Made by a program: the position numbers and the translations under genes. Of a stretch of DNA of 37,598 bases, positions 17,220 to 27,216 are shown piece after piece (the stretch's first letter is position 1; each line of letters begins with the position of its first letter). The notes under the pieces were generated by a model, which saw only the letters and a program-made list of their open reading frames with translations, had not been told where the DNA came from and did no database searches. The stretch lies in contig CAZSKP010000019.1 of the NCBI GenBank assembly GCA_964607485.1, positions 1-37,598 of the forward strand, written 5' to 3'. Source of the DNA: an uncultured bacterium (GTDB taxonomy: Bacteria > Abyssobacteria > SURF-5).

Positions 17220-18704
17220 ATGAAAACAACAAGATTCGAGGTTCTGAGCAAAGACGAAATCCAAAGGATTCACGAAGGCTCCCTCTCGGTCCTTTCAGAG
17301 AGGGGTGTAAAGGTCGAGGCGAAGGATGTGCGTGACCTTTTCAGGGAGCGAGGCGCCGATGTTAATGATTCAGACCAATTAATCCGGCTTCCTCAGGACC
17401 TGGTCTTATGGGCAATCGAGCAGGCCCCGAGCGAGTTCATGCTCTATGGGTTCGACCCGGAATTCAAGATCCGGATAGATACTGAATCGTCGCTTTTTTG
17501 CGGCCTTGGCACGCCGACGGATGTGCTGGACAAGAACGGCAATTTCAGACCCGTCCTTCTCGAGGATTTGCGAAAGCATATTATCCTGATTGACGACCTC
17601 GAGCATCTCTCCGGCGAACAGTTCGATTGGTGGCCAAGCGATATCCCGATGACAACCATCCACGTCGAAGGCATCCGTCTGTGGGCACGCGAAGCAAGAA
17701 AACCGTATGGTTTCGGAACGCTCGGCCACGTGGCATGCAAAGATATGATGGACATGACCGCTTTGGTTGTTGGCGGAGCGGATCAATTAACCGGCAAGCC
17801 AAGACTCATGGGGATTTGCAGCGTAGTCAGTCCTCTAAAGATCGATACCGCTCAAGCACATGGCATGAAGGTATATGTGGAGCACAATCAACCGGTCATT
17901 CTGGCGCCGGAAGCAATGGCGGGAACGACGGCTCCCGTGACGCTGGCCGGCCTGCTTGTGCAGCAAAATGCCGAGATATTGGCGCACATCGCCCTCGCTC
18001 AGATCATAAAGCCTGGGGCGCCCGTCTTGTGGGGAACGGTCTCAACCGCTGCGGACATGAGAACGGGCGATGTCGCCCTCGGCTCGTTCGAAACCGGGCT
18101 CATCACGGCGGCAAGCGCTCAGATTGCCAGGTCGTACAATATCCCTTCGCGCGGCGTGGGAAGCACAACAGATTCAAAGTCTCTGGACATCCAATGCGGA
18201 TTCGAACGGATGATGAATCTTTACGCCGCATATATGTCAGGCATCAACTATATAACCTGCGCGGGCACGCTGGAGAGGACCGTTGTCGGGTCTCATGAAT
18301 TGATGGTTTTAGACAACGAGCTCGCCGCAATGCTGAAGAGGGTAGCGCGGGGAATCGACGTGAACGAAGCCACGCTCGCCATCGACATGATAAACAGACT
18401 CGACTGGACGGAGACCTACATGGATCAAATGCACACGGCAGAGCATTTCCGTTCCGAGCTTTACATCAGCGATCTCATCGATCGTCACAACCGGAATGCA
18501 TGGCTCAATGCCGGGTCGAAGAGCGTTCTGGATCGTTGCGCCGAAAAAGTGGAAAACATTATCGCCAACCACAAACCCAACCAACTGAGTCGCAAGCTTG
18601 AGGATGAAATGCAAAAATTCATCGACTCGGTCGCGGCGAGACCTCTGGAGGAATTCTACAAATATGAGGGTATGGAGGCACCGCCTTCGGAACTGCCGAT
18701 CTGA
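17220..18704 (+). CDS. MttB-superfamily corrinoid methyltransferase, non-pyrrolysine type
   Basis: LSKDEIQRIHEGSL, SPL, MAGTTAPVTLAG, AEILA, DMRTG and TDSK..DIQCGFE motifs. No in-frame TAG. GGAGAGG RBS precedes ATG 17220. Confidence 0.9.
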   Translation: MKTTRFEVLSKDEIQRIHEGSLSVLSERGVKVEAKDVRDLFRERGADVNDSDQLIRLPQDLVLWAIEQAPSEFMLYGFDPEFKIRIDTESSLFCGLGTPTDVLDKNGNFRPVLLEDLRKHIILIDDLEHLSGEQFDWWPSDIPMTTIHVEGIRLWAREARKPYGFGTLGHVACKDMMDMTALVVGGADQLTGKPRLMGICSVVSPLKIDTAQAHGMKVYVEHNQPVILAPEAMAGTTAPVTLAGLLVQQNAEILAHIALAQIIKPGAPVLWGTVSTAADMRTGDVALGSFETGLITAASAQIARSYNIPSRGVGSTTDSKSLDIQCGFERMMNLYAAYMSGINYITCAGTLERTVVGSHELMVLDNELAAMLKRVARGIDVNEATLAIDMINRLDWTETYMDQMHTAEHFRSELYISDLIDRHNRNAWLNAGSKSVLDRCAEKVENIIANHKPNQLSRKLEDEMQKFIDSVAARPLEEFYKYEGMEAPPSELPI

Positions 18705-18747
18705 TCAGCGCACTACCGCTTACCCTAAGAATCAGGAGATGCAAATC

Positions 18748-20037
18748 ATGTTGAGCAAAGCTGAGAAAGCCAAAGAGTACGGAAAGCAATCGCGGCTGAT
18801 ACATGGCGACTGGCGGCAGTCGGCGATCGATTACAGCCGTGCGATGGTTCCACCGGTATCGTCATCGGCCACGTACGGCATGGACACGTCGGTCTTCGGC
18901 GGAAAGAGGCCGTTGGATTTCCTCATGGAATTGGAAGACCTTACTCGACTGCCTTTCTACATCTATACGAGATTCGACGATCCCACGAACTCGCTCCTTG
19001 AAGACAGAATTGCGCTTGCAGAGGGTGGCGAAACAGCCTTGGTATTTGCCAGCGGCATGGCCGCCATCACGGCGGCGCTGCTGACGAATTTTTCGGCGGG
19101 CGATGAGGTTCTCTATCATCGGTCTGTCTATGGAAACACACACAGCGTCATGACAAAGTGGCTTCCTCGATTCGGTGTGAAGACAACTGCGCTTGATTTC
19201 AATGCCGACGAGGCGCTTTCGGAGGCAATCACTGAAAAGACCATGATCGTATATTTTGAAACGCCGGTTAACCCCCTGATCGACCTCGTGGACATTCAGA
19301 AAGTCCGTAATATTGTGGACGATGCAGAGAAAAGGCTCGGCCGGCCAAGCCAGATCCAGATAATTCTCGACAACACGTTTGCGACTCCCTGTTGTCAGAG
19401 GCCTCTCGAACAGGGAGCGAATATGGTCGTCTGCAGCCTCACTAAGTCGATCGGAGGTTTTGGCGTGGACCTTGGGGGTGCAATCGTCGGGAGTAAAGAG
19501 AACAGGGCGGCATACGTCATGTACCGGGAGGAGATGGGCGCGGTTCTCTCTCCAAAAGCAGCATGGAATATGCTTACGTTCGGATTTCCGACGCTTGAAA
19601 TCAGGATGAAGGCAATGCAAGAGAATGCAGTGAAAGTAGCACAATTCTTGGAAAAACATCCCAAAGTCCGCAGGGTGAACTATCCGGGGCTTGAATCGCA
19701 TCCCCAACACGAGATAGCAAGAAGGCAAATGCGCGATTTCAACGGCGATTTCGCACCGGGTTCTCTATTGTATTTTGAACTCGACACGGACGACGAGAAT
19801 GCGGCTGAGCGGTTCACTGTCCATGCAAGCGACAAATCGTATTGTATATCACTCGCCGTCAGCTTCGGGCAACCCAAAACTCTCTTGGAGAATCCTTATA
19901 ACATGACTCATCTGCTCGTGTCCGAAGAGGAAAAGAAATCGATGGGAATCACGAGAACCGGCATGCGACTCTCTGTGGGACTGGAAAAGCCCGAAGACAT
20001 TATTCGGGACTTGAATGACTGCCTGGACGAGCTATAG
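18748..20037 (+). CDS. PLP-dependent Cys/Met metabolism enzyme (methionine gamma-lyase/cystathionine gamma-lyase family), divergent
   Basis: YTR..DPT, FASGMAAI, FETPVNP, DNTFATP, SLTK (PLP Lys), YPGL and RLSVGLE motifs. AGGAG RBS precedes ATG 18748. Confidence 0.9.
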   Translation: MLSKAEKAKEYGKQSRLIHGDWRQSAIDYSRAMVPPVSSSATYGMDTSVFGGKRPLDFLMELEDLTRLPFYIYTRFDDPTNSLLEDRIALAEGGETALVFASGMAAITAALLTNFSAGDEVLYHRSVYGNTHSVMTKWLPRFGVKTTALDFNADEALSEAITEKTMIVYFETPVNPLIDLVDIQKVRNIVDDAEKRLGRPSQIQIILDNTFATPCCQRPLEQGANMVVCSLTKSIGGFGVDLGGAIVGSKENRAAYVMYREEMGAVLSPKAAWNMLTFGFPTLEIRMKAMQENAVKVAQFLEKHPKVRRVNYPGLESHPQHEIARRQMRDFNGDFAPGSLLYFELDTDDENAAERFTVHASDKSYCISLAVSFGQPKTLLENPYNMTHLLVSEEEKKSMGITRTGMRLSVGLEKPEDIIRDLNDCLDEL

Positions 20038-20362
20038 CGATTCTTCAACGTCACGGTATTACCATCGAGATGCAAGCAAGTTTTGATTGTTGAACTACTT
20101 GTGGCTTATCCGCCAGGAGCTCGACACATTACTTGCATCAATTGTTGAGACCTTTTTGACGTTCCCCAGAAGGCAGTCATCACCCATCCGACCGTCCAAA
20201 TACCTCTCTCAGAGAGTGAAGGATGAGTCTTTACTATTCTTGCTCTCAAAAAAGTGTGCACGGTGTTATTACATTATGCCTCGGTACTGCTGATGTTCAA
20301 TTTCATGAATCCCCGCCACGATTCTCTTGTACGTCACGTTGTAGCGGCGGTTCGCGAATCGC

Positions 20363-20391
20363 TTGCAGAAAGCGGGCAAATATGGTACATT
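20363..20391 (+). promoter_or_regulatory. Sigma70-type promoter upstream of leuS
   Basis: TTGCAG (20363-20368), 17-bp spacer with extended TG, then TACATT (20386-20391). Confidence 0.55.
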
Positions 20392-20458
20392 AAAAGGCCA
20401 TAAGCCTATTGCCACAAACAAACATACACCTTAGATATAATCCCGAGAAAGCATCATT

Positions 20459-22927
20459 ATGAACGCGGAGTACGATTTTAAGAACATAGAGCCGAAATGG
20501 CAGAAATATTGGCGTGAGAACAAGCTCTTCAAGATGCATGAAGACTCGCCCAAGCCGAAATACTACTGTCTGATGATGTTCCCCTACCCTTCCGCCGAAC
20601 TGCATGTCGGGCACGGACGCAACTACATCATCGGTGACGTGCTGGCGCGCTACAAATTCATGAAGGGCTTCAACGTGCTCGCTCCGATGGGGTGGGACGC
20701 CTTCGGGCTGCCGGCCGAGAACGCCGCCATCAAGCAGAACATCCACCCCAAGAAGAGTACGTGGAACAGCATCCACCGCATGAAGAGCCAACTCGGCCAG
20801 TGGGGCGTCGAGTACGACTGGGACCGCGAGTTCGCCTCGTGCGAGCCGCTGTATTGTAGGTGGACTCAGTGGCTTTTCCTGCAATTCTATAAGAAAGGTC
20901 TCGCATACAAGAAGAAAGCCGCGGTCAACTGGTGCCCTTCCTGCGCCACGGTTCTTGCCAACGAGCAAGTGATAAACGGCGAGTGCGAACGCTGCTCGAC
21001 CGAGGTTGCCACCCGCGACCTCGAGCAATGGTTCTTCAAGATAACCGACTACGCCGAAGAGTTGCTCGACATGAGCCACCTGGGCGACTGGCCCGAGCGC
21101 GTCAAGACGATGCAGACGAACTGGATCGGAAAAAGCCACGGAGTGACGATCGATTTTCGGCTGGCCGAAACCGGTGAGTCCGTCCCCTGCTACACGACCC
21201 GGCCCGACACCGTCTTCGGCGTCACGTACCTCGTACTCGCGCCCGAGCATCCCCTGGTCGAGCGTCTCACGCGCGGCACGCCCATCGAGAAGGAGACCGA
21301 CGACTTCGTCGCGCGATGCCGACGCATGGACCGCATCAAACGCACGTCCGTCGAGATCGAAAAAGAGGGGATGTTCATTGGCAAGCACATAATCAATCCC
21401 GTAAACGGCGAGCGCGTGCCGCTCTGGATAGCCAACTACGCGCTGATGGAATACGGCACGGGCGCAGTGATGGCGGTGCCGGCGCACGACCAGCGCGACT
21501 TCGAGTTTGCAAAACAATATAATCTGCCCATCAGGGTCGTCGTACAGAAGCCCGACCGGAGCCTCCAAGAAGACACGATGACCGCCGCATACGAGGACGA
21601 CGGATTCTCGGTCAACTCCGGACACTTCGACGGCATGGCCACCCCGGAAACCATCGAGAAGATCGGCATATGGATGGAGGAGCAGGGCATCGGCCAGCGG
21701 ACCGTCAATTATCGCCTGCGCGACTGGCTCATATCGCGCCAACGCTACTGGGGCGCGCCTATACCGATAGTTTATTGCGATACGTGCGGGACGGTCCCCG
21801 TGCCCGAGGAAGACCTGCCCATCTATCTCCCCGAGAAAGTCGAGTTCAAGCCGACGGGCGAATCGCCCCTCGCGCGATGTCCGGAATTTGTCAACACCAC
21901 GTGCCCAAACTGCGGCGGTCCTGCTAGACGCGAGACCGACACGATGGACACCTTCGTTGACTCGAGCTGGTACTATATGCGCTACCTCTCGCCCCATGAC
22001 GAGCGGCAGGTGTTCGATTCCAAACTCGTCAACAAGTGGCTGCCGGTCGACCAATACATAGGCGGAGTGGAGCATGCGATTCTCCATCTGCTGTATTCAC
22101 GCTTCTTCACAAAGGTCATACGCGACCTGGGGCTGGTCAGCTTCGACGAGCCGTTCCAGAACCTGTTCACGCAGGGAATGATAATCAAAGACGGCGCCAA
22201 GATGTCGAAGTCGAAGGGCAACGTCGTCTCGCCCGACGAGCTCATCAAGAAGTACGGCGCCGATACCGTCAGAATATACACGCTCTTCGTTGGCCCGCCC
22301 GACAGAGACGCCGAGTGGAACGACCGAGCCGTCGAAGGCGCGTACCGATTCCTGGGCCGTGTGTGGAGGCTGGTGCATCAGCATCTGGAGCGTGCGAACA
22401 AGGCTGACGACGCGCTCCCCTCAGAGCCGAGCGATGCAGAACGCGAGCTGAGAAGAATCGTTCATGCCACAACCAAGAAGGTCACCGAGGACATCGAGGA
22501 GCGCTTCCATTTCAACACCGCCATCAGCGCGCTCATGGAAATGGTGAACGCAATGTACACCGCCGACCTAAAGAGTGTGAGCGCTCCGGTGCTGAAGGAA
22601 GCGCTTGAGAAGCTGGCAGCGCTTCTGTATCCGATGGCGCCGCATATCTCAGAAGAGCTGTGGCTCCAGCTCGGCCATTCCGAGAGTCTGCTGCGGGAGA
22701 AGTGGCCGACCTATGACAAGGATGTTATTCAGGCCGAGGAGATGGTCATCGTGGTCCAGGTGAACGGCAAGGTGCGCAGCCGAGTGACCGTTCCAGCCGA
22801 CTCAAGCGATGAAGACCTAAAGAAGGCCGCCCTGGACGACTCCAAGGTGCTCAGCCATATAGACGCCAAGAACGTCAGGAAGATAGTCGTTGTGCCCAAA
22901 AAACTGGTGAACATCGTTGTCAAATAG
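20459..22927 (+). CDS. leuS: Leucine--tRNA ligase
   Basis: MFPYPS..LHVGH (HIGH motif), GWDAFGLPAENAA, TTRPDT and GTGAVMAVPAHDQRD editing motifs, DWLISRQRYWG, KMSKSKGN and VQVNGK. Confidence 0.99.
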   Translation: MNAEYDFKNIEPKWQKYWRENKLFKMHEDSPKPKYYCLMMFPYPSAELHVGHGRNYIIGDVLARYKFMKGFNVLAPMGWDAFGLPAENAAIKQNIHPKKSTWNSIHRMKSQLGQWGVEYDWDREFASCEPLYCRWTQWLFLQFYKKGLAYKKKAAVNWCPSCATVLANEQVINGECERCSTEVATRDLEQWFFKITDYAEELLDMSHLGDWPERVKTMQTNWIGKSHGVTIDFRLAETGESVPCYTTRPDTVFGVTYLVLAPEHPLVERLTRGTPIEKETDDFVARCRRMDRIKRTSVEIEKEGMFIGKHIINPVNGERVPLWIANYALMEYGTGAVMAVPAHDQRDFEFAKQYNLPIRVVVQKPDRSLQEDTMTAAYEDDGFSVNSGHFDGMATPETIEKIGIWMEEQGIGQRTVNYRLRDWLISRQRYWGAPIPIVYCDTCGTVPVPEEDLPIYLPEKVEFKPTGESPLARCPEFVNTTCPNCGGPARRETDTMDTFVDSSWYYMRYLSPHDERQVFDSKLVNKWLPVDQYIGGVEHAILHLLYSRFFTKVIRDLGLVSFDEPFQNLFTQGMIIKDGAKMSKSKGNVVSPDELIKKYGADTVRIYTLFVGPPDRDAEWNDRAVEGAYRFLGRVWRLVHQHLERANKADDALPSEPSDAERELRRIVHATTKKVTEDIEERFHFNTAISALMEMVNAMYTADLKSVSAPVLKEALEKLAALLYPMAPHISEELWLQLGHSESLLREKWPTYDKDVIQAEEMVIVVQVNGKVRSRVTVPADSSDEDLKKAALDDSKVLSHIDAKNVRKIVVVPKKLVNIVVK

Positions 22928-25340
22928 TCTGAATTCGAGAAGCTCTCCCGTTGCGCTCAAGCTGGGGGCGCGTCATATTTCCCTTGCTTTGCCGTGGGGA
23001 AAATTGCTCGTGACAGCGGTGGCGGCCTGCGCAGTGCTCGCCGTTGCCGTCGCCCCAAGCGTCTTGTCGGCGCCGACCTATCTGCCCCGTTTCACCGTGG
23101 CCGTCAATGAAAATCCGCAAGACGTCGCTGTCACGCGGGACGGCGCTTACGCCTACGTCGCAAACTTCAATTCCGACAATCTCAGCATTATCGACCTTGG
23201 AAACTATGCGAAGGTGAAGGACATTCCCGCGGGCGACGGCCCGTCTTCGCTCGTCATCGCAAGCGACAATTCGTTCCTTGCGGTGGCCAATTTCTTTTCG
23301 AGCGACGTGTGGTTCATCAACCCGCAGACCGACACAGTCGAATCGCGAATCAAGGTCGGCGACGGTCCGATAGCCGTCGCCCTTTCCCCGGATGACAGCA
23401 CACTCTGTGTCGCCAACATGATGGGGCGGAGCATATCCGTAATCGACACAAAAGCGAGACAACTGACCGCCACGATCCCCCTCGATGATTACCCGTACGG
23501 AGTTGCTATCTCGCCCGACGGGAAACGCCTGTTTGTCTCGCTTCGTGAAAAAGCCGCGCTGGCTGTGATAGACCTTTCCACAAACGAGATTGTGGGAACG
23601 ATAGCAACGGGAGGATTCCCGCGTGCGATGGCCTTTTCGCCCGACGGCAGTCAGTTGTTTGTTACGGATTACGACGCAGGCAGGCTGCTGCTTATCGATA
23701 CGAAGAAGCTGGTAGTTGCGCGCGAATTCAAGGTCGGCGACGGTCCGATAGCGCTCGATGTGAACGCCGGCGGCTCGAAAGTGTTCGTGCTCAACAAGAA
23801 AAGCAACAGTCTGAGCGTCGCCGAAATTCCGACGCTTAACTTCTCCGAACTCATGGTCGGCACAAGCCCTACGCAGATAGTCCTGATTCCCAACACCGAG
23901 ATCGCCCTTGTGACGGCCAGCGGACTGAATCAGTTGCAGATCATGTTTCCCCAGGCGACCACCTCGCCACCCGCGAAGATCCCGGAGATGCTGAAACCCG
24001 CCCAGCCCGTTTCCGCGGCTATAGAGCCTCCCCCGCCGGTTGCGTCCGAGGAGGCGGCGCCCGTTATCGATGTGACGACCCCCCGGCCGACGCACGCTGG
24101 GGGCGTAAAGGAACCTATGGCCGTCGCACGCGCGGAGCAAGTGGCCACCCCTCGCCTAAGGCCCGCCGAGCCGGAGCCCTCCTCGGGACCGCCACCCGGC
24201 GATGCCGCCAAGGAGACCCCGTTGGCGGCCGCGACCAAAGAGCCTTCGGCCGAGACGGGACCAGTGCTGGAGCCCGGCAAGCCAATCGCCGGCAGTGCCG
24301 AGCCCGAAATTTCGGCCGACGCAATCGGCTCCGAGCCGCCGCGGAAGCCTGAGCGCATAGACCTCGCGCGTCTTCTCCCGCCGAGCGAGAGGAAAAGGAA
24401 GGTGGTGGGCGAGAAGGTCGGCAGCGCCAAGCTGGGGTCGGCGACTGCTCTCATTGTGAGCGAAGACACCCACGAGGTCTGCGTGTTGGATATGCACTCG
24501 AACAAGATTGTGTCGAGATTCAAGCTGAAGGACAGACCCGAAGGAGTTGCCGTCGACCCGAAGGGCAAATTCCTGTACATGACCATGCGATACGATAACT
24601 CGCTGCTTGTGATAGATCCAGCGGCCGGAAAGATCATCTCCAGTATTGCCGTGGGTGCTTATCCCCGTGCCGTGGCGGTTCACCCGGACGGCCACGTCGT
24701 CTATGTGACAAACGATGAAGATTCAACCATATCGGTCGTCGGTGTGCCGGAGTTCAAGGTGACCACGACAATCGGCGTCGGCGACAGCCCCATTGCGCTC
24801 GCTCTGTCGCCCGACGGAGACCGTCTGTACTGTCTCAACAGGTACTCGGGAACCGTCTCTGTAATCGACACGCGCGCTAACAAGGTGGTCTCGACGGTGG
24901 AGGTCGGCCGCTCGCCGTGTGCAGTTTCTTTGAGCCCCGACGGCTCTGCGATATATATCGCCGATGCCATAGACGATAAGATTTCCGTCATCGGAGCCGA
25001 CAACGAACGGGTTACCTCCTTGCAGGTCGGCGACCGCCCCGAGGCGCTTGCGTTGTCCCCCGATGGGAAATCTCTCTACTGCGTCAACTTCTTCTCCCGG
25101 ACCCTTTCGGTCATCGACACCCAGAACCTTTCCACCGTTAAGGATGTTCCGCTTGGGAACGGCCCGAGCGGAGTCGTGGTCAGTCCGGACGGTCGGTATG
25201 TGTATGTTACAAACCGCTTCGACAACAACGTCTCCGTGTTCAGCGCCGACAGCCTTACCATACTCGACACGATAGAGGTCGGGGGCGGCCCGACGAAGAT
25301 GACCGTCTATGCCGCTTCCGGCGGAACCACGCCGCGGTGA
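22917..25340 (+). CDS. Exported YVTN/YncE-family protein with two beta-propellers joined by a Pro/Ala/Glu-rich linker
   Basis: Signal-like hydrophobic segment and about 42-aa repeats (VG..P..vAlSPDG..lYV.N) in two blocks separated by a low-complexity linker. The start codon is uncertain (TTG 22917 or GTG 23010). Confidence 0.85.
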   Translation: MSNSLNSRSSPVALKLGARHISLALPWGKLLVTAVAACAVLAVAVAPSVLSAPTYLPRFTVAVNENPQDVAVTRDGAYAYVANFNSDNLSIIDLGNYAKVKDIPAGDGPSSLVIASDNSFLAVANFFSSDVWFINPQTDTVESRIKVGDGPIAVALSPDDSTLCVANMMGRSISVIDTKARQLTATIPLDDYPYGVAISPDGKRLFVSLREKAALAVIDLSTNEIVGTIATGGFPRAMAFSPDGSQLFVTDYDAGRLLLIDTKKLVVAREFKVGDGPIALDVNAGGSKVFVLNKKSNSLSVAEIPTLNFSELMVGTSPTQIVLIPNTEIALVTASGLNQLQIMFPQATTSPPAKIPEMLKPAQPVSAAIEPPPPVASEEAAPVIDVTTPRPTHAGGVKEPMAVARAEQVATPRLRPAEPEPSSGPPPGDAAKETPLAAATKEPSAETGPVLEPGKPIAGSAEPEISADAIGSEPPRKPERIDLARLLPPSERKRKVVGEKVGSAKLGSATALIVSEDTHEVCVLDMHSNKIVSRFKLKDRPEGVAVDPKGKFLYMTMRYDNSLLVIDPAAGKIISSIAVGAYPRAVAVHPDGHVVYVTNDEDSTISVVGVPEFKVTTTIGVGDSPIALALSPDGDRLYCLNRYSGTVSVIDTRANKVVSTVEVGRSPCAVSLSPDGSAIYIADAIDDKISVIGADNERVTSLQVGDRPEALALSPDGKSLYCVNFFSRTLSVIDTQNLSTVKDVPLGNGPSGVVVSPDGRYVYVTNRFDNNVSVFSADSLTILDTIEVGGGPTKMTVYAASGGTTPR

Positions 25341-25362
25341 ATCGCCTGAGGAAACCGAGAAC

Positions 25363-27216
25363 ATGTATCGCTATAACATTCTCCCCGGCGTCGCGGCTCG
25401 ACGCTTCCTGCTGTGCTTGGCTCTGACGGCGCTCAGCTTGCTGCTTCCGGACAAAGCGGCGGCCTGGGGACAACGCACCCACGTCCGAATCACAGAGCTC
25501 GCCCTTGACGCGCTCCCCCCGGTGTATCGCGGCCAGGTTGTGCCTTACAAGGATGAGCTTCTCCGAGCCGTCATTGAAGAAGGGCGGAAAACAGCCCCGG
25601 GCGGCTATTCGACCATCGCATTGCAAACATTAGAAGACATTCAATTACTCATGCTTGTCCCCCACGACGGGACCGACCTGTCGCACTACTTCGTTTACCG
25701 GCTTGGCGCGACCGGCCGAGCAGTCGCCGATTCCGCGATGCCGCTCTCCTGGTCGAGCCCCTCGGACGAAGCGCTTCAAGAGAGATTTGAAAGCGACATC
25801 GACGGCGACTCGGAGTCGCTTCGAGCGCACAACGTATCTCCCATGTACCTCACTTATCCCGCCAGCTACATGGAGCGGGTATCGACCGACGCCCGGCTGT
25901 CCGAGAACTTGGTGAGAACCAGATACCTCTCCGGCGGGGGATACAGAAATTGCAGAGACGAGATAGTGCTGCCCGCCTTCAAGCGCGCCGTCGAAGCCGT
26001 CGCGAGCATATGGTTGACAATCCTCTCCAACGAGCCCGCGCCCAGAGCTATCCCGCCGCGAATCCGGATGGGCTACTACATGGACCAAATACAATACTCT
26101 TCAGCGAACGGCCACTTTGAAGACGTTTATGCCGCCCTTCAGGCGCTCAGGCAGGAGGGCAGGCGGATTCCGCTCACGCCGAATCTGGTGGGCGAAGAGT
26201 TCTTTAACCTTCCTTACAGCGCTCAGACGAGCCGCGTGTACGACCTCGCTACGCTCGTTGACCCGCAGTCGGCCGCCATCTCTGAACGGAAACGCTGTTG
26301 TGACGAATACGTCGAGAGGAACCGAGAGGAAAATGAAAATTCGTTCCCGACACGGAAGTTGCCCCGCTCCTTGTTCGGCAAGAATGGAGAGCCTCCCGAC
26401 ATTTTTGTCTATCAGCACAGCTCGGGCCTTCTGCTTCTCACAAGCAAAGTGAAGGAGACCGGTCCGGATTATGTGCTGCTGAACTTCGAGCCGATAAAGA
26501 AAATCACGAAGGAGAGGGTTGTCAGGACAATAAAGGGCGAACCTCAGACCGAAGAATTCGACCTAGAGGAAATCATACGGTTCTACGCGCGCGATTACGG
26601 CGTCTCGCCCGCGCTCGTCAAGGCGGTCATAAAGGTTGAATCCGATTTCCACCCTTACGTCGTGTCGAGCGCCGGAGCAAGGGGGCTGATGCAGCTAATG
26701 CCCTCTACAGCACTCGAAATGCAGGTCGAGGACACGTTCGACCCCATTCAGAACGTTGGAGGCGGAGTCCAGTACCTGGCCCGGATGCTCGAGCTCTTCA
26801 ACGGCGACGAACGGCTGGCGCTCGCGGCCTACAATGCGGGCCCCGGAAACGTGCTTCGATACGGCGGCATCCCGCCCTTCAAAGAGACGAGGGAGTACGT
26901 TCCGAAAGTGTTGGACTATTACGACCGATACAAGAAGGATTCCTCTCCGGTGAAGCTGAAGGTGGCTCTGAACAAGAAGCCGGCAGCGGATTATCTCCCC
27001 GATGTCGAAGTGGTCGAGGAGGTGGAGGTGGAAGTGACCGTATCCTCCCCCCGCCCGCCGAAACCGAAGGCCTCGAAGGACTATGTGATAGTCCGCCTGA
27101 AGAATGGAAACACGATGCGCGGAAAAGCATATAAGAAAACTCCCAAAGGTATAAAGCTGCAATTGGAAAACGGCTCGATTCTCATTCGCGAGGATTTGAT
27201 AACCGAGATAATTTGA
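25363..27216 (+). CDS. Exported lytic transglycosylase (SLT/GH23) with N-terminal Zn-PLC/S1-P1-nuclease-like helical domain
   Basis: Signal peptide ending AAA|WGQRTH. SLT motifs AVIKVES, GARGLMQLMP, ALAAYNAGPG and ETREYV. Small C-terminal beta domain (VRLKNG..RG). Confidence 0.85.
   Translation: MYRYNILPGVAARRFLLCLALTALSLLLPDKAAAWGQRTHVRITELALDALPPVYRGQVVPYKDELLRAVIEEGRKTAPGGYSTIALQTLEDIQLLMLVPHDGTDLSHYFVYRLGATGRAVADSAMPLSWSSPSDEALQERFESDIDGDSESLRAHNVSPMYLTYPASYMERVSTDARLSENLVRTRYLSGGGYRNCRDEIVLPAFKRAVEAVASIWLTILSNEPAPRAIPPRIRMGYYMDQIQYSSANGHFEDVYAALQALRQEGRRIPLTPNLVGEEFFNLPYSAQTSRVYDLATLVDPQSAAISERKRCCDEYVERNREENENSFPTRKLPRSLFGKNGEPPDIFVYQHSSGLLLLTSKVKETGPDYVLLNFEPIKKITKERVVRTIKGEPQTEEFDLEEIIRFYARDYGVSPALVKAVIKVESDFHPYVVSSAGARGLMQLMPSTALEMQVEDTFDPIQNVGGGVQYLARMLELFNGDERLALAAYNAGPGNVLRYGGIPPFKETREYVPKVLDYYDRYKKDSSPVKLKVALNKKPAADYLPDVEVVEEVEVEVTVSSPRPPKPKASKDYVIVRLKNGNTMRGKAYKKTPKGIKLQLENGSILIREDLITEII

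Noticed and set aside
17220-18704. Pyrrolysine-containing trimethylamine methyltransferase
   Set aside because: The frame has no in-frame TAG, the Pyl-equivalent codon is ACA (Thr), and no pyl genes are in the window.
20038-20360. T-box, SAM riboswitch or small gene upstream of leuS
   Set aside because: No T-box (AGGTGGTACCGCG-like) or SAM-I core was found, and the short ORFs lack an RBS or recognisable features. A promoter close to leuS leaves little room for a long leader.
20390-22087. 565-aa minus-strand ORF and other long antisense ORFs (e.g. 22920-24140, 10230-11207, 31208-32227, 7551-8447)
   Set aside because: They are shadow frames of GC-rich genes, lying opposite motif-supported CDSs and carrying no recognisable motifs.
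23080-25300. CRISPR-like or tandem DNA repeat array
   Set aside because: The recurring gtcggcgac/cccgacgg words are codons of YVTN propeller blades inside an ORF, not identical repeats with unique spacers.
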